The notes beneath the pieces are model-generated. The model was not told where the DNA came from. It did not search any database and saw only the letters and a list, made by a program, of their open reading frames with translations. A program made the position numbers and the translations under genes. Positions 52,290 through 62,290 of a DNA stretch of 64,000 nucleotides are shown piece by piece. Every line of letters starts with the position of its first letter. Positions within the stretch are counted from its first letter, which is position 1. This DNA is from an uncultured Chloroflexia bacterium (lineage in GTDB: Bacteria; Chloroflexota; Dehalococcoidia; DSTF01; JALHUB01): the NCBI GenBank assembly GCA_963703345.1, contig OY969814.1:384001-448000 (forward strand), in the 5' to 3' direction.

Positions 52290-53135
52290 ATGCCCCAAGC
52301 CCGGTTTCGCCTCGGCAAACTCGAACTCTTGGTGATGTCCGACGGCTCTTACTTCCTGGACGCCGGCGCCGTCTTCGGCGTCGTCCCGCGCGAGCGCTGG
52401 GAGCCGTACGCCGGCCCAATGGACAGCCACCACCGCTTGGGCGTCGGCACGAACTGCCTGGCGCTTCGTTCTCAGGGCAAGGCGATCCTCATCGAGACCG
52501 GCGTGGGGGACAAGTCGATGCGGGCGGACGCGACGCCGCTGGCGGAAGGCAATCTTCTCAGCGAGCTGAAGTCTGGCTTCGGTGAGCCGGATGACGTGGA
52601 CGTCGTCATCAACTCGCACCTCCACGGCGACCACTGCGGCTGGAACACCCGCTACGTCGACGGCAAGCTGGCGCCGACTTTCGTCAACGCCGACTACCTG
52701 GTCCAGCGATCGGAGTGGGAAGCGGCGACGCACCCGAACGAGAGGACCCATACGACCTACCTGGCGGAGAACCTCGTCCCCGTCGCGGAGAGCGGACGCC
52801 TGCGCCTGCTCGACGGCGAGACGCGAGTGACCGATGAAGTGACGATAATCCCGACGCCCGGGCACAGCCCAGGGCATGCCAGCGTCGTCATCACCTCCGG
52901 CAACGAGATGGCCATCTACGTCGGCGACATGGTGCAGCAGGCCGTCCAACTGGAGCGCACCGCCTGGGTAGCCGCCTTCGACGTGCTGCCCTTGATGTCG
53001 ATGGAGTCGAAAAAGCGGCTGGTGGAGCAGGCGATCGAGAACAACGCACTCCTCATTTGCGTGCACCTGCCGTTCCCGGGCGTCGGCCGCATGACGCGCA
53101 CAGCCGATGGCTACAAGAAGTGGCAGCCCGTCTGA
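52290..53135 (+). CDS. MBL-fold metallo-hydrolase (YtnP-like)
   Basis: LDAGAVFGVVP, SHLHGDHCG, TPGHSPGH, HLPFPG. Confidence 0.9.
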   Translation: MPQARFRLGKLELLVMSDGSYFLDAGAVFGVVPRERWEPYAGPMDSHHRLGVGTNCLALRSQGKAILIETGVGDKSMRADATPLAEGNLLSELKSGFGEPDDVDVVINSHLHGDHCGWNTRYVDGKLAPTFVNADYLVQRSEWEAATHPNERTHTTYLAENLVPVAESGRLRLLDGETRVTDEVTIIPTPGHSPGHASVVITSGNEMAIYVGDMVQQAVQLERTAWVAAFDVLPLMSMESKKRLVEQAIENNALLICVHLPFPGVGRMTRTADGYKKWQPV

Positions 53136-53160
53136 GCACGGGCGTAGTCGGAAGGAGCCG

Positions 53161-54261
53161 ATGATTCAACTGACCGCCCTCAAGCAAAGCCCCCTCGACG
53201 ATGTGCACCGCCGAATGGGCGCCAAGATGGTGGCCTTCGCCGGCTGGTCGCTGCCGCTCCAGTTCACCGGCATCATCGAAGAGCATAACGCCGTCCGCGG
53301 TGCCGCCGGCATCTTCGACATCTCGCACATGGGACGTTTCTTCGTCGATGGCCCGGACGCCGGCGCGCTCATCCGAAGGGCCGTCACTTACAACGTCTGC
53401 CGCCTCCAGGCAGGACAGGCGCACTACGCCGTGATGTGCGAGGAGGACGGCGGCATTATCGACGACGTCTTCGTCTACCGCCTGGCGCCCGACCGCTTTC
53501 TCGTCGTGGGCAACGGCGTCAACGCGAGTACCGACCGCGATCACGTCGCCTCGCTCCTGACGCCGGGAATGAGGGCGATCATCGACGACATCCAGCCTCG
53601 CACCGCTATGATCGCCGTCCAGGGGCCGGAATCGGAGGAGCTGCTGGCATCGACGCTGACGGGTGCTGTCGTCCGGATGCTGCCGCGCCACGGCTGCATG
53701 GAGTTCGAGCTGCTCGGCGCGCCCGCCTTCATCGCCCAGAGCGGCTACACAGGCGAGAATGGTTACGAGGTCATCGTCGAAGCGGGAAGGGCGCATGCCT
53801 TCTGGCAGGGCCTTTTGGCGGCGCGCGCTCAACCCTGCGGCCTCGGCGCCCGCGACACGCTTCGCCTGGAGGCGGCGCTGCTCCTCTACGGCAACGACAT
53901 CGACAGGACGACTAATCCGTTTGAAGCGGGTCTCGGCTGGCTCGTGGACCTCGACGATGGGTCGTTCGTCGGCCGGGAGGCGCTGCGACGACTGAAGGAG
54001 CAGGGCGTTACGAGGCGGCTGGTCTGTCTGAAGGCGACCGACAAAGGCATCATGCGGCCCGGCTATCCCGTCTTGCACGAGGGCGAGGCTGTTGGTAGAG
54101 TAACCAGCGGCGGTTTTTCCCCCACTCTGGGCATCAGCATCGGCATGGCCTACGTTCCCTCACAGCTTGCCTCCGTTGGGACCGGCCTGTCGGTGGACGT
54201 GCGCGGCCGGCCGCTGCCCGTAACGGTGGTAAGGAGACCTTTCTACACGCGGCCCGATTGA
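53161..54261 (+). CDS. gcvT: Glycine cleavage aminomethyltransferase
   Basis: FDISHMG, AVQGP, GYTGENGYE, GLGARDTLRLEA. Confidence 0.96.
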   Translation: MIQLTALKQSPLDDVHRRMGAKMVAFAGWSLPLQFTGIIEEHNAVRGAAGIFDISHMGRFFVDGPDAGALIRRAVTYNVCRLQAGQAHYAVMCEEDGGIIDDVFVYRLAPDRFLVVGNGVNASTDRDHVASLLTPGMRAIIDDIQPRTAMIAVQGPESEELLASTLTGAVVRMLPRHGCMEFELLGAPAFIAQSGYTGENGYEVIVEAGRAHAFWQGLLAARAQPCGLGARDTLRLEAALLLYGNDIDRTTNPFEAGLGWLVDLDDGSFVGREALRRLKEQGVTRRLVCLKATDKGIMRPGYPVLHEGEAVGRVTSGGFSPTLGISIGMAYVPSQLASVGTGLSVDVRGRPLPVTVVRRPFYTRPD

Positions 54262-54288
54262 CAGGGAAGCGATTCGAGGGAGCGAACG

Positions 54289-54687
54289 ATGGCCAGCAGC
54301 CCGAAAGACCGGCGCTACACCCGAGAGCACGAGTGGGTCCTTTCTAAGGACGGCGAAGCGCTCGTCGGCATTACTGATTTCGCGCAGGAGCAGCTTGGCG
54401 ACCTCGTCTACTTCGACCTTCCGGACGCCGGCAAGCAGCTACGTCAGAACGACAAGCTCGGCGAAGTCGAGTCGGTGAAAGCTGTGTCTGAGATCTACGC
54501 GCCGCTCAGCGGCGAGGTGATCGCCATCAACCCGCAAGTCAACGAATCGCCGGAGCTGGTGAATCGCGACCCGTACGGCGAGGGCTGGCTGCTCAAGCTG
54601 AAGCCGGCGGACCCGAACGAGCTCGGCAAGCTGCTATCGCCGGAGGAGTACGATGCGCTCGTGGCGACGGCCGAAGCTGAGCACTAG
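54289..54687 (+). CDS. gcvH: Glycine cleavage H protein
   Basis: HEW, GITDFAQ, VESVKA (lipoyl Lys), PYGEGW. Confidence 0.97.
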   Translation: MASSPKDRRYTREHEWVLSKDGEALVGITDFAQEQLGDLVYFDLPDAGKQLRQNDKLGEVESVKAVSEIYAPLSGEVIAINPQVNESPELVNRDPYGEGWLLKLKPADPNELGKLLSPEEYDALVATAEAEH

Positions 54688-54701
54688 CGGCTAAGACGAA
54701 C

Positions 54702-56012
54702 TTGCCTAGTCCCTACATCCCGAACACCGACGACGACCGCCGGCTGATGCTGGAGCGCATCGGCATCGCCTCCGTGGCTGAGCTCTTCGACGACATTCCC
54801 TCGCAGTGCCGCGATCCCGGACTGACGCTGCCGCCGCCCTTGAGCGAGCTGGAGCTCCAGCGCGAGCTATCGGAGATGGCCGCTCGCAACCGCCCCGCCG
54901 GCCAGATGCCTTGCTTTCTCGGCGCCGGCGCCTATCGCCACTTCATCCCCAGTGTCGTCAACCACATCGTCCGCCGCGGCGAGTTCGCCACCGCCTACAC
55001 GCCCTACCAGCCGGAGATAAGCCAGGGGACGCTTCAGGCCATCTTCGAATTCCAGTCGCTGGTCTGCGAGCTGACGGGCATGGACGTCGCCAATGCCGGC
55101 ATGTACGACGGCGCCAGCGCTCTTGCGGAGGCCTGCCTGATGGCGGTGCGCATCAACGGGCGCCGCCGCCTGGCGCTGCTCTCGACGCTCAACCCCGCGT
55201 ACGAGCAGGTCGTCCGGACATACGCCGGCGGCCACGACCTTGCCGTCGACGTCGTCGAGCCGGGCGACGCCGCTCTGACGGACGAGCACGCCTGCCTGGT
55301 CGTGCAGCAACCGAATTTCTTCGGCTACCTGGAGGACGCGGCCGCTTTGGCCACCAAGGCGCGAGAAGCCGGCGCGCTCTACATCGTCGTCCCCGATCCG
55401 ATATCGCTTGGGCTGTTCCGGCCTCCCGGCGATTACGGCGCGGACATCGTCGTTGCGGAGGGGCAACCGCTCGGCGTGCCGCTCAGCTTCGGCGGGCCCT
55501 ACGTCGGCCTCTTCGCCTGCCGCAGCGAGCACATCCGCCAGATGCCGGGCCGGCTGGTCGGCCGCACGCAGGACGTCGAGGGCCGTACCGGCTACGTCCT
55601 AACGCTTCAGACGCGGGAGCAGCACATCCGGCGGGAGCGTGCCACCTCCAACATCTGCACGAACGAGCAGCTCGTCGCGCTGGCGGTCACGGTCTACCTG
55701 TGCGCGATGGGCAAGCAGGGGCTGCGACGTGTCGCGGAGCTCTGCTACCACAAATCGCACTACGCCGCCGGGCGCATCGCCGCTTTGCCCGGCTACTCGC
55801 TGCCGCTGGCCGGCGTCTTTTTCAAAGAGTTCGTCGTGCGCTGCCCGCGGCCGCCGAGCGAGGTGAACGCGGCGCTGCTCGAGCGCGGCATAATCGGCGG
55901 GGTCGACGTGTCGGAGCGGGTCGACAAGGGCCTGCTGCTCTGCGTGACCGAGATGAACAGTCGCGACGAAATCGACCGGCTTGTGGCGGCGCTGAAGGAG
56001 ATCGCGACGTGA
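54702..56012 (+). CDS. gcvPA: Glycine dehydrogenase subunit 1
   Basis: [39 protein letters not shown]. Confidence 0.96.
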   Translation: MPSPYIPNTDDDRRLMLERIGIASVAELFDDIPSQCRDPGLTLPPPLSELELQRELSEMAARNRPAGQMPCFLGAGAYRHFIPSVVNHIVRRGEFATAYTPYQPEISQGTLQAIFEFQSLVCELTGMDVANAGMYDGASALAEACLMAVRINGRRRLALLSTLNPAYEQVVRTYAGGHDLAVDVVEPGDAALTDEHACLVVQQPNFFGYLEDAAALATKAREAGALYIVVPDPISLGLFRPPGDYGADIVVAEGQPLGVPLSFGGPYVGLFACRSEHIRQMPGRLVGRTQDVEGRTGYVLTLQTREQHIRRERATSNICTNEQLVALAVTVYLCAMGKQGLRRVAELCYHKSHYAAGRIAALPGYSLPLAGVFFKEFVVRCPRPPSEVNAALLERGIIGGVDVSERVDKGLLLCVTEMNSRDEIDRLVAALKEIAT

Positions 56013-57475
56013 GCGACGGAGAGCGCCGCGACATCGGCTCCAGGCTCAGCTTCGACCGCGGCCGTCGCGGTCGCAGCGCCGTCACGCTTCCGGATTGCGA
56101 CGTGCCGCTCGCCGAGATGCCGCCGCCGTCCCTCCTGCGCGACGACCTGCCGCTGCCGGAGATGTCGCAGCCGGAGGTCGTCCGCTACTTCACCAACCTC
56201 GCCTGCCTCAACTACGGCGTCGACGACGGCTTCTATCCGCTCGGTAGCTGCACCATGAAGTACAACCCGAAAGTGCACGAAGACATCGCGCGGTTGCCGG
56301 GCTTCGCGCAGATCCATCCGTTGCAGCCGGTCGAAACGGTGCAGGGCGCCCTGGCGCTCATGCATGAGCTCCAGCAGATGCTGGCGGAGATCACCGGCAT
56401 GGACGCTGTCACGCTCACCCCTGCGGCGGGCGCGCACGGCGAGCTCACGAGCATACTCGCCGTGAAAGCGTACCTGGAGTCGCGGGGCGAGTCGCGGCAC
56501 AAGGTGCTCGTGCCCGACTCGGCGCACGGCACGAACCTGGCGACCGTCTCGGCGGCGGGCTTCCGCTGCGTTGCTATCGCCTCCGACGCCGACGGCAACA
56601 CTGACGTCGAAGCTCTGGCGGCGGCGCTGGACAACGATGTGGCGGCGCTGATGCTGACGCTTCCCAACACGCTGGGCCTGTTCGACCGCAACATCCTGCG
56701 GATCGCGGAGATGGTGCACGCCGTCGGCGCTCAGCTCTATTGCGACGGCGCCAATCTCAACGCGCTTCTCGGCCAGGTGAAGGCGGGCGACCTCGGCTTC
56801 GACGTCGTGCAGATGAACCTGCACAAGACGTTCAGCACCCCACACGGCGGCGGCGGCCCCGGCTCGGGTCCCGTCGCGGTGAAAGCGCATCTGGCGCCGT
56901 TCCTGCCCTCGCCGCGCGTTGTCCGCTACGCGGAAGGCCGCTACGATTTCGAGCAGCCGGAGCGGAGCATCGGCAAGGTCGGCCTCTTCCACGGCAACTT
57001 CGGCGTCATGGTCCGTGCCTACGCCTATATCCGCAGCCTGGGCGCCGCCGGCCTGCGCGAGGTGAGCGAAAACGCCGTCATCAATGCCAACTACCTCTCC
57101 GCCTGCCTGCGCCAGGCGTATCCGCTTCCCTACGACCGCCGTTGCCTCCACGAAGCGGTCTTCGCCGGCGTGCTGCGTCGGGCGAAGGGCGTGCGGACGC
57201 TCGACATCGCCAAGCGGCTCATCGACTACGGCTTCCATCCGCCGACGGTCTACTTCCCGCTCATCGTCGACGAAGCGCTGATGATCGAGCCGACTGAGAC
57301 GGAGAGCAAAGAGACGCTCGACGCCTTCTGCGAGGCGATGCTTGCGATTGCGCGCGAGGCGGAAGAAGAGCCCGACTTGCTGAAGAGCGCGCCGCACAAC
57401 GCTCCCTTGCGCCGTCTGGACGAGGCGACGGCCGCCCGTCATCCGGTTCTCCGCTGGCAGCCCCCGGTCGACTAG
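56009..57475 (+). CDS. gcvPB: Glycine dehydrogenase subunit 2
   Basis: [38 protein letters not shown]; GTGA overlap with gcvPA. Confidence 0.96.
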   Translation: MSDGERRDIGSRLSFDRGRRGRSAVTLPDCDVPLAEMPPPSLLRDDLPLPEMSQPEVVRYFTNLACLNYGVDDGFYPLGSCTMKYNPKVHEDIARLPGFAQIHPLQPVETVQGALALMHELQQMLAEITGMDAVTLTPAAGAHGELTSILAVKAYLESRGESRHKVLVPDSAHGTNLATVSAAGFRCVAIASDADGNTDVEALAAALDNDVAALMLTLPNTLGLFDRNILRIAEMVHAVGAQLYCDGANLNALLGQVKAGDLGFDVVQMNLHKTFSTPHGGGGPGSGPVAVKAHLAPFLPSPRVVRYAEGRYDFEQPERSIGKVGLFHGNFGVMVRAYAYIRSLGAAGLREVSENAVINANYLSACLRQAYPLPYDRRCLHEAVFAGVLRRAKGVRTLDIAKRLIDYGFHPPTVYFPLIVDEALMIEPTETESKETLDAFCEAMLAIAREAEEEPDLLKSAPHNAPLRRLDEATAARHPVLRWQPPVD

Positions 57476-57633
57476 ACGTTCCCGATTCGCTGCATCCCCC
57501 GTCGTCGACAAAGCCGTAGGGAAAGCGCACGACAAGCGAAAGCCACGCGTCAAGCAATCCGCCATGGCGGGTGCTAGCTTGTTCCTCGACAGCCCGCTCA
57601 ACCGACGCAGGAAGGCTATCGAGGAGGACCATC

Positions 57634-60276
57634 ATGACGAACACAACTCGCTCGCTGAGGTCACGGCTGTCGCGACGCCTGCGCTGCATGCTCGTCGCGC
57701 TGGTCTTGACGGCGTTGCTGCTGCCTGGCGCGGTCCCGGCTACCGCCCAATCAGCCTCCGACCATTGGTTCCAGTGGGGACCTGCGCGGCCGCCTTCAAT
57801 CGACGGACCGCTGGCGAATCCAGATGTTCAACAGGCCCTGTACTTAGCAGTGGACGAGAACGCGGTCTCGCAGCGTGTCCTCGGCAAGCCATCGCTGGTA
57901 ATGGAGACGGAGGATGCCTCGTATCCCCAGGAGTTCTACGAAGAGAACGAGTTCGAGCCGTGGAAGGCCAGGATAATACTGGAAGACGATGGCATCACCG
58001 ACCTAGCGCTGACCATCGCGCCGGACCCGTCGGTGCCCGAGGCGCGGGCACTGGCGCAGGCCGTGGCGGATGAACTGCGGAAGAACATCGGCGCGCAGGT
58101 GACGGTTGTCGAGGGCGATGCCGACCTCCTCGTGACGCGCTCTCTCGGCAAGTCGCCGTCAGCCGCGCCCGGAACCATTTCGCTGGAGACAAGCTGTACG
58201 CCTGACACCTTTCGTCCCAACGAATGGACCGTCGTCGAGTGCGAAAGCACGGTAAAGAACAGCGGCCAGGCCGATCTCATCTACAACCTCGTGGTCGTTC
58301 AAGACGATCCCCCCGGCCCCGGCGTTATGGAGTATGCGATCGTCTCAGGTGAACGAAACGAGAAATCCGAGACTGCTTGGGGGCGCGATTTGTCGCCTGC
58401 AAAGCTGGCTGCCGGTGAAACGGCCGTCCATCGAAGGTTGATGCTCCTGCAGGCAACAGCGGAAGGCACGTATGAATTCAGTGCCCGTGTCATCGTCGCG
58501 AGAGACGTGCCGGCAAGCGTGCCCCTCCATTTCACGGCCTCTTCTCAGGCGAGCCCATCCCCAAGCGACCTGGAAGTGACGAGGCAGTTGACGAAGAGGT
58601 GGGCGGCCGACGGCTATCAGTATGCGTCCTTTGAGACGAAGATAACGAATCGCGGTTCGCAGACGGCCACCGACCTGAGGGTGACTGATCGCAATGATGA
58701 TACGCTTGCTTACGTATCGGAGCGCCAGCCGCCGCCCGACTACCAGGACGAAAGCGGTCAGTTCGTTTCGTGGAGCTCGTTTCCGACCGCCCTTGCCCCG
58801 GGGGCGTCGATGGCCCTGCAAACGGTCTTCAGATCAACGAAAAAGGAACCGTATTTATCCGTCAACGCCGCCGGGATGGTCGAGGCGGAGGTCGGAGGAA
58901 CGGTGGAGCGGTATGCCGCGCCGGCAACGTTGAGCGAAGGCCTGAGCGGCGGCTGTGGTGACTGCGGCGGTAGCGGGGGCGGCGCTTCGCCGGCCGCTGA
59001 CACGCCGTCGTCTCTCGGTCACGAAGGCGATGGCCCAGGTGGTTCCGGCCGCGGCGTGGTCTGGACTGCAACGTTGCTCGCGGTTGGCGGCGCTGTGCTG
59101 ATCGGAGGCGGCCTGGCGCTTCCAAGGAGGGCGGGACGGCACGGCCTCCCGCTGCTCGTCGCGCTGGTGATGGCGTCGCTGCTGCCGTCGGCCGGTGCTC
59201 ACGCACAGCCCATGCCTATCGGCAGGCAGGCGCCGACACCGCCGGCACCTCCCAGCACTGTTTCGCTTGGAGTTACCTGCTCGCCGGACATCTTCCCGCC
59301 GGATCAGTGGGTCGTCGTGGAATGCGCGACGCAGCTGACGAATCGCGGCGAGAATCCCGTATCGGACGTCGGCGTCAACATCGGCGCGCAAGACGGCTGG
59401 TCCGATGACCCGCTCCCCAACTACTACTGGATTTCGCACATCCGCGACGGCCGGATGATGCCGATAAGCGGCCAAACGCTCGGGTTCGACAGCGATGACG
59501 TGCTGCAACCGGGCCAGACAATCGAATCGCGCCTGACGGTGCTCCTGCGGATGCGCGAGGGCACGTGGCACGGGCAGGACACGCTGTCGGTTGACGGCCA
59601 GCAGGTACTGGCGGTGCCGGTGCAGTTCACGGCGAGCGCCGATGCTCCGACGTTGCCGGATAACTTTCTCATCATACAGACGTTCTCTAACGTGTCAGCA
59701 CCCGGAGTGCGGGTGCCAACCGTGACCTACGAGACGAAGATTACGAATCAGGGATCGAGTCCAGTGACGAACCTGAAGATTACCGAACATGCAGATAACG
59801 CCACGTTGCTTTGCACGAACCCGGCGCCTTCGGAGCGTAACGATGATCTGGGCCTCGTCTCCTGGGACCTGACGTCGTTCGGCGCCGGATCGCTGATACC
59901 CGGCGAATCGCTGATCCTGCACAGCACGTACGGCCCCTTCGAGGAGGACTCGTGCATTGGCATGAGCGCGGGGACCGTCGTCGAGGCCGACGTTGACGGG
60001 ACGACCGAGCGCTACGGCGTCGGGCCGAACGAGTTTCCGCTGGTTGGGAAGTGCCCTGACTTTACCAGGAGGCCGGCGATGAGCGACAGCGACTTGTGGG
60101 TGCTGCGCCATGACGGCGCGCTCCTGGATCCCGTCGCACCGGCTGGAATCGTGAGCGCCGGTGACGGACCTGCAGGTCGGACGTTCGATTTCATCTGGGT
60201 GGCATTCTGCTTTGCGGCGGCCGGCGCGGGGCTGGTCGCGGCGGCACTTGTAGCGCGAAGGAGGCTACGTTCATGA
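57634..60276 (+). CDS. Secreted/membrane-anchored protein: SBP_bac_5-like fragment, two Ig-like Cys-pair modules, internal and terminal anchors
   Basis: GAGGAGG RBS, signal peptide ending VPATA, CxPxxFxPxxWxxxEC motif twice, two GDGP-TM-basic tails. Confidence 0.8.
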   Translation: MTNTTRSLRSRLSRRLRCMLVALVLTALLLPGAVPATAQSASDHWFQWGPARPPSIDGPLANPDVQQALYLAVDENAVSQRVLGKPSLVMETEDASYPQEFYEENEFEPWKARIILEDDGITDLALTIAPDPSVPEARALAQAVADELRKNIGAQVTVVEGDADLLVTRSLGKSPSAAPGTISLETSCTPDTFRPNEWTVVECESTVKNSGQADLIYNLVVVQDDPPGPGVMEYAIVSGERNEKSETAWGRDLSPAKLAAGETAVHRRLMLLQATAEGTYEFSARVIVARDVPASVPLHFTASSQASPSPSDLEVTRQLTKRWAADGYQYASFETKITNRGSQTATDLRVTDRNDDTLAYVSERQPPPDYQDESGQFVSWSSFPTALAPGASMALQTVFRSTKKEPYLSVNAAGMVEAEVGGTVERYAAPATLSEGLSGGCGDCGGSGGGASPAADTPSSLGHEGDGPGGSGRGVVWTATLLAVGGAVLIGGGLALPRRAGRHGLPLLVALVMASLLPSAGAHAQPMPIGRQAPTPPAPPSTVSLGVTCSPDIFPPDQWVVVECATQLTNRGENPVSDVGVNIGAQDGWSDDPLPNYYWISHIRDGRMMPISGQTLGFDSDDVLQPGQTIESRLTVLLRMREGTWHGQDTLSVDGQQVLAVPVQFTASADAPTLPDNFLIIQTFSNVSAPGVRVPTVTYETKITNQGSSPVTNLKITEHADNATLLCTNPAPSERNDDLGLVSWDLTSFGAGSLIPGESLILHSTYGPFEEDSCIGMSAGTVVEADVDGTTERYGVGPNEFPLVGKCPDFTRRPAMSDSDLWVLRHDGALLDPVAPAGIVSAGDGPAGRTFDFIWVAFCFAAAGAGLVAAALVARRRLRS

Positions 60277-62090
60277 AGACGACAAATCAAAAGATCGGGA
60301 TGTCACTCCTCTTCGGCATAGCGGCCGCGTTGGCGCTCCTCGCCCCGCGCGGCGCACCTGCGGCGTCGGCGGATGCGTCGGACCTGAAGATCGAGGAGAC
60401 GTGCAGTCCGCATGTCTTCCGTCCCAACGAGTGGACGCTGCACGAATGCCTGATCCACCTCACGAACGTTGGCGATACGCCACTCTCGAACCTGTCGAGC
60501 GTGTGGGCCTCTTCGTCCGGCGTTAATCCCGACTACTACTTCGTACTCTACGAGGTCGACGGTCAGCCAAGGCCGATCAATCCGACGGGGCTCAGCTTCG
60601 GTACCAGCGGCACGCTGCAGCCGGGGCAAAGTTCTGATGTCCGGCTCGACGTGCTGCTGAGAATGCCCAGTGAGGGCATCTACGATGGCGAATGGCATGT
60701 GGAAGCGGATGGGAACGTGGTGGCGGAGTCGCCGCCGGTTCACTACGAGGCGAAGGCCGACGCGGCCGACCCGCCGACCGACCTCGCGGTCAGCCAGGTC
60801 GGGTATAGGAAGAGCACAACGACGACAGTTTTCGATACCACGATAACTAATAACAGCGCGTCGGCGGTAACCCAGCTATCGGTCACGGAGCACTATGGCC
60901 CGTCTTTGAAGCCGGCGGGGACGCAATTCACCCCCAGCGAGTCGCTGCCGGACGCCAACCTGATGAAATGGGACCTGGCGTCGTTGGGGGTGCAGTCGCT
61001 GGCGCCGGGGGAGAGCCTGAAGCTCAGCACGACCTACACCACGGATGATCCATCAAGCCCCGTCCAGTCAGGCGTGATGGTGGAAGCGACGGTCGGTGGG
61101 AAACAGCAGCTCTACGGTTCCAGCGGCGTGGCTCCGGCGTACGTCCCGCAGTTGAAGATCGAGGAGACGTGCACCCCGTATGTCTTCCGTCCCAACGAGT
61201 GGACGCTGCACGAATGCCTGATCCAACTCACGAACGTCGGTGATACGCCCCTCTCGAACCTATCGGGCGACTATGCCAGCTCGTCGGGCGTCATTCCAGA
61301 CCACTACTTCATCCTGTACGAGGTCGATGGCCGGCCGAGGCCTATCGATCCGACGGGGCTCAGCTTCGGTAACAGCGATACCCTGCAGCCCGGGCAAACG
61401 TCGAACGTCCGACTCGACGTGCTGCTGAGGATGCCCAGCGAGGGCATCTACGACGGCGAGTGGCCGGTAGAGGTGGATGGCGTGATCGTGCCCGGTTCGT
61501 TGCCGGATCATTACGAGGCGAAGGTCGGCGCGGCGGACCCGCCGACCGACCTCGCGGTCAGCCAGGTAGGCTATCTGAAGGGGACGAGAACAGCCGTATT
61601 CGACACGACGATCACTAACAACAGCGCGTCGGCGGTAACCCAGCTATCGGTCATGGAGCACTACGGGGCCTCTGCGAAGCCGGCGGGGACGAAGTTCAAC
61701 CCCAGCGAGTCGGTGCCCAGCGCCAATCTGATGAAGTGGGACCTGGCGTCGCTGGGCAAGCAATCGCTGGCGCCGGGGGAGAGCCTGAGACTGAGCACGG
61801 TCTACATGACCGACAGTTCGGCCGGCCCAGTAGAATCAGGTGTGCTCGTGGAAGCGACTGTTGATGGGAAGCAGCAGCTATACGGTTCCAGCGGCGGCAG
61901 CGTCTGCGTCGCCTGCGATCAGGAACCCGCTGCGGCGCCGGCGACAGGCTTGAACTCCGTTTCTGCGCCCAGGACAGGCGACGGGCCGTCGGGCAACAGC
62001 GTGCCTCTCACGCTCGACGTCGCGCTGGCTGCCGCTGGCGTAGCGCTTGGAAGCGTGGCACTCGTGGCCCGCAGGAAGGTTCGTCGCTAG
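60273..62090 (+). CDS. Secreted surface protein with duplicated Cys-pair Ig-like module and LPxTG-like anchor
   Basis: Signal peptide; two ~256-aa repeats; APRTG-DGP, TM, RRKVRR; ATGA overlap with the previous gene. Confidence 0.85.
   Translation: MKTTNQKIGMSLLFGIAAALALLAPRGAPAASADASDLKIEETCSPHVFRPNEWTLHECLIHLTNVGDTPLSNLSSVWASSSGVNPDYYFVLYEVDGQPRPINPTGLSFGTSGTLQPGQSSDVRLDVLLRMPSEGIYDGEWHVEADGNVVAESPPVHYEAKADAADPPTDLAVSQVGYRKSTTTTVFDTTITNNSASAVTQLSVTEHYGPSLKPAGTQFTPSESLPDANLMKWDLASLGVQSLAPGESLKLSTTYTTDDPSSPVQSGVMVEATVGGKQQLYGSSGVAPAYVPQLKIEETCTPYVFRPNEWTLHECLIQLTNVGDTPLSNLSGDYASSSGVIPDHYFILYEVDGRPRPIDPTGLSFGNSDTLQPGQTSNVRLDVLLRMPSEGIYDGEWPVEVDGVIVPGSLPDHYEAKVGAADPPTDLAVSQVGYLKGTRTAVFDTTITNNSASAVTQLSVMEHYGASAKPAGTKFNPSESVPSANLMKWDLASLGKQSLAPGESLRLSTVYMTDSSAGPVESGVLVEATVDGKQQLYGSSGGSVCVACDQEPAAAPATGLNSVSAPRTGDGPSGNSVPLTLDVALAAAGVALGSVALVARRKVRR
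60384..61895 (+). repeat. Intragenic tandem duplication, 768-bp period
   Basis: tgaagatcgaggagacgtgc...cccaacgagtggacgctgcacgaatgcctgatc at ~60385 and ~61153. Confidence 0.9.
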
Positions 62091-62290
62091 CTCCCGGCGC
62101 CCTCGCCCTTTCGCCTCGCGACGACGATATGTTAAGGTAGAGGGCACATATGCCGAACAGCGAGAAGTCACACGTCGCCAGAAAGGCCCGCCTAAGCCCC
62201 CGAGTTCCTCGGGGGCGGGCGATCAGCGCTGCCTCCGCGTTCATCGCCTGACCAATCGCTGCTAATCCCCGGAAGGAGGCATATCCTCAG

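Noticed and set aside
54806-56008. N-terminal ~400 aa of the 889-aa ORF, suggesting a giant gcvP
   Set aside because: Alternative-frame overlap with gcvPA; real gcvPB starts at GTG 56009
56521-56550. GcvPB HGTNLAT instead of the usual HGTNPAS as part of the GTCGAC signature
   Set aside because: Context is CCTGG, not GTCGAC; a single instance cannot support a second motif
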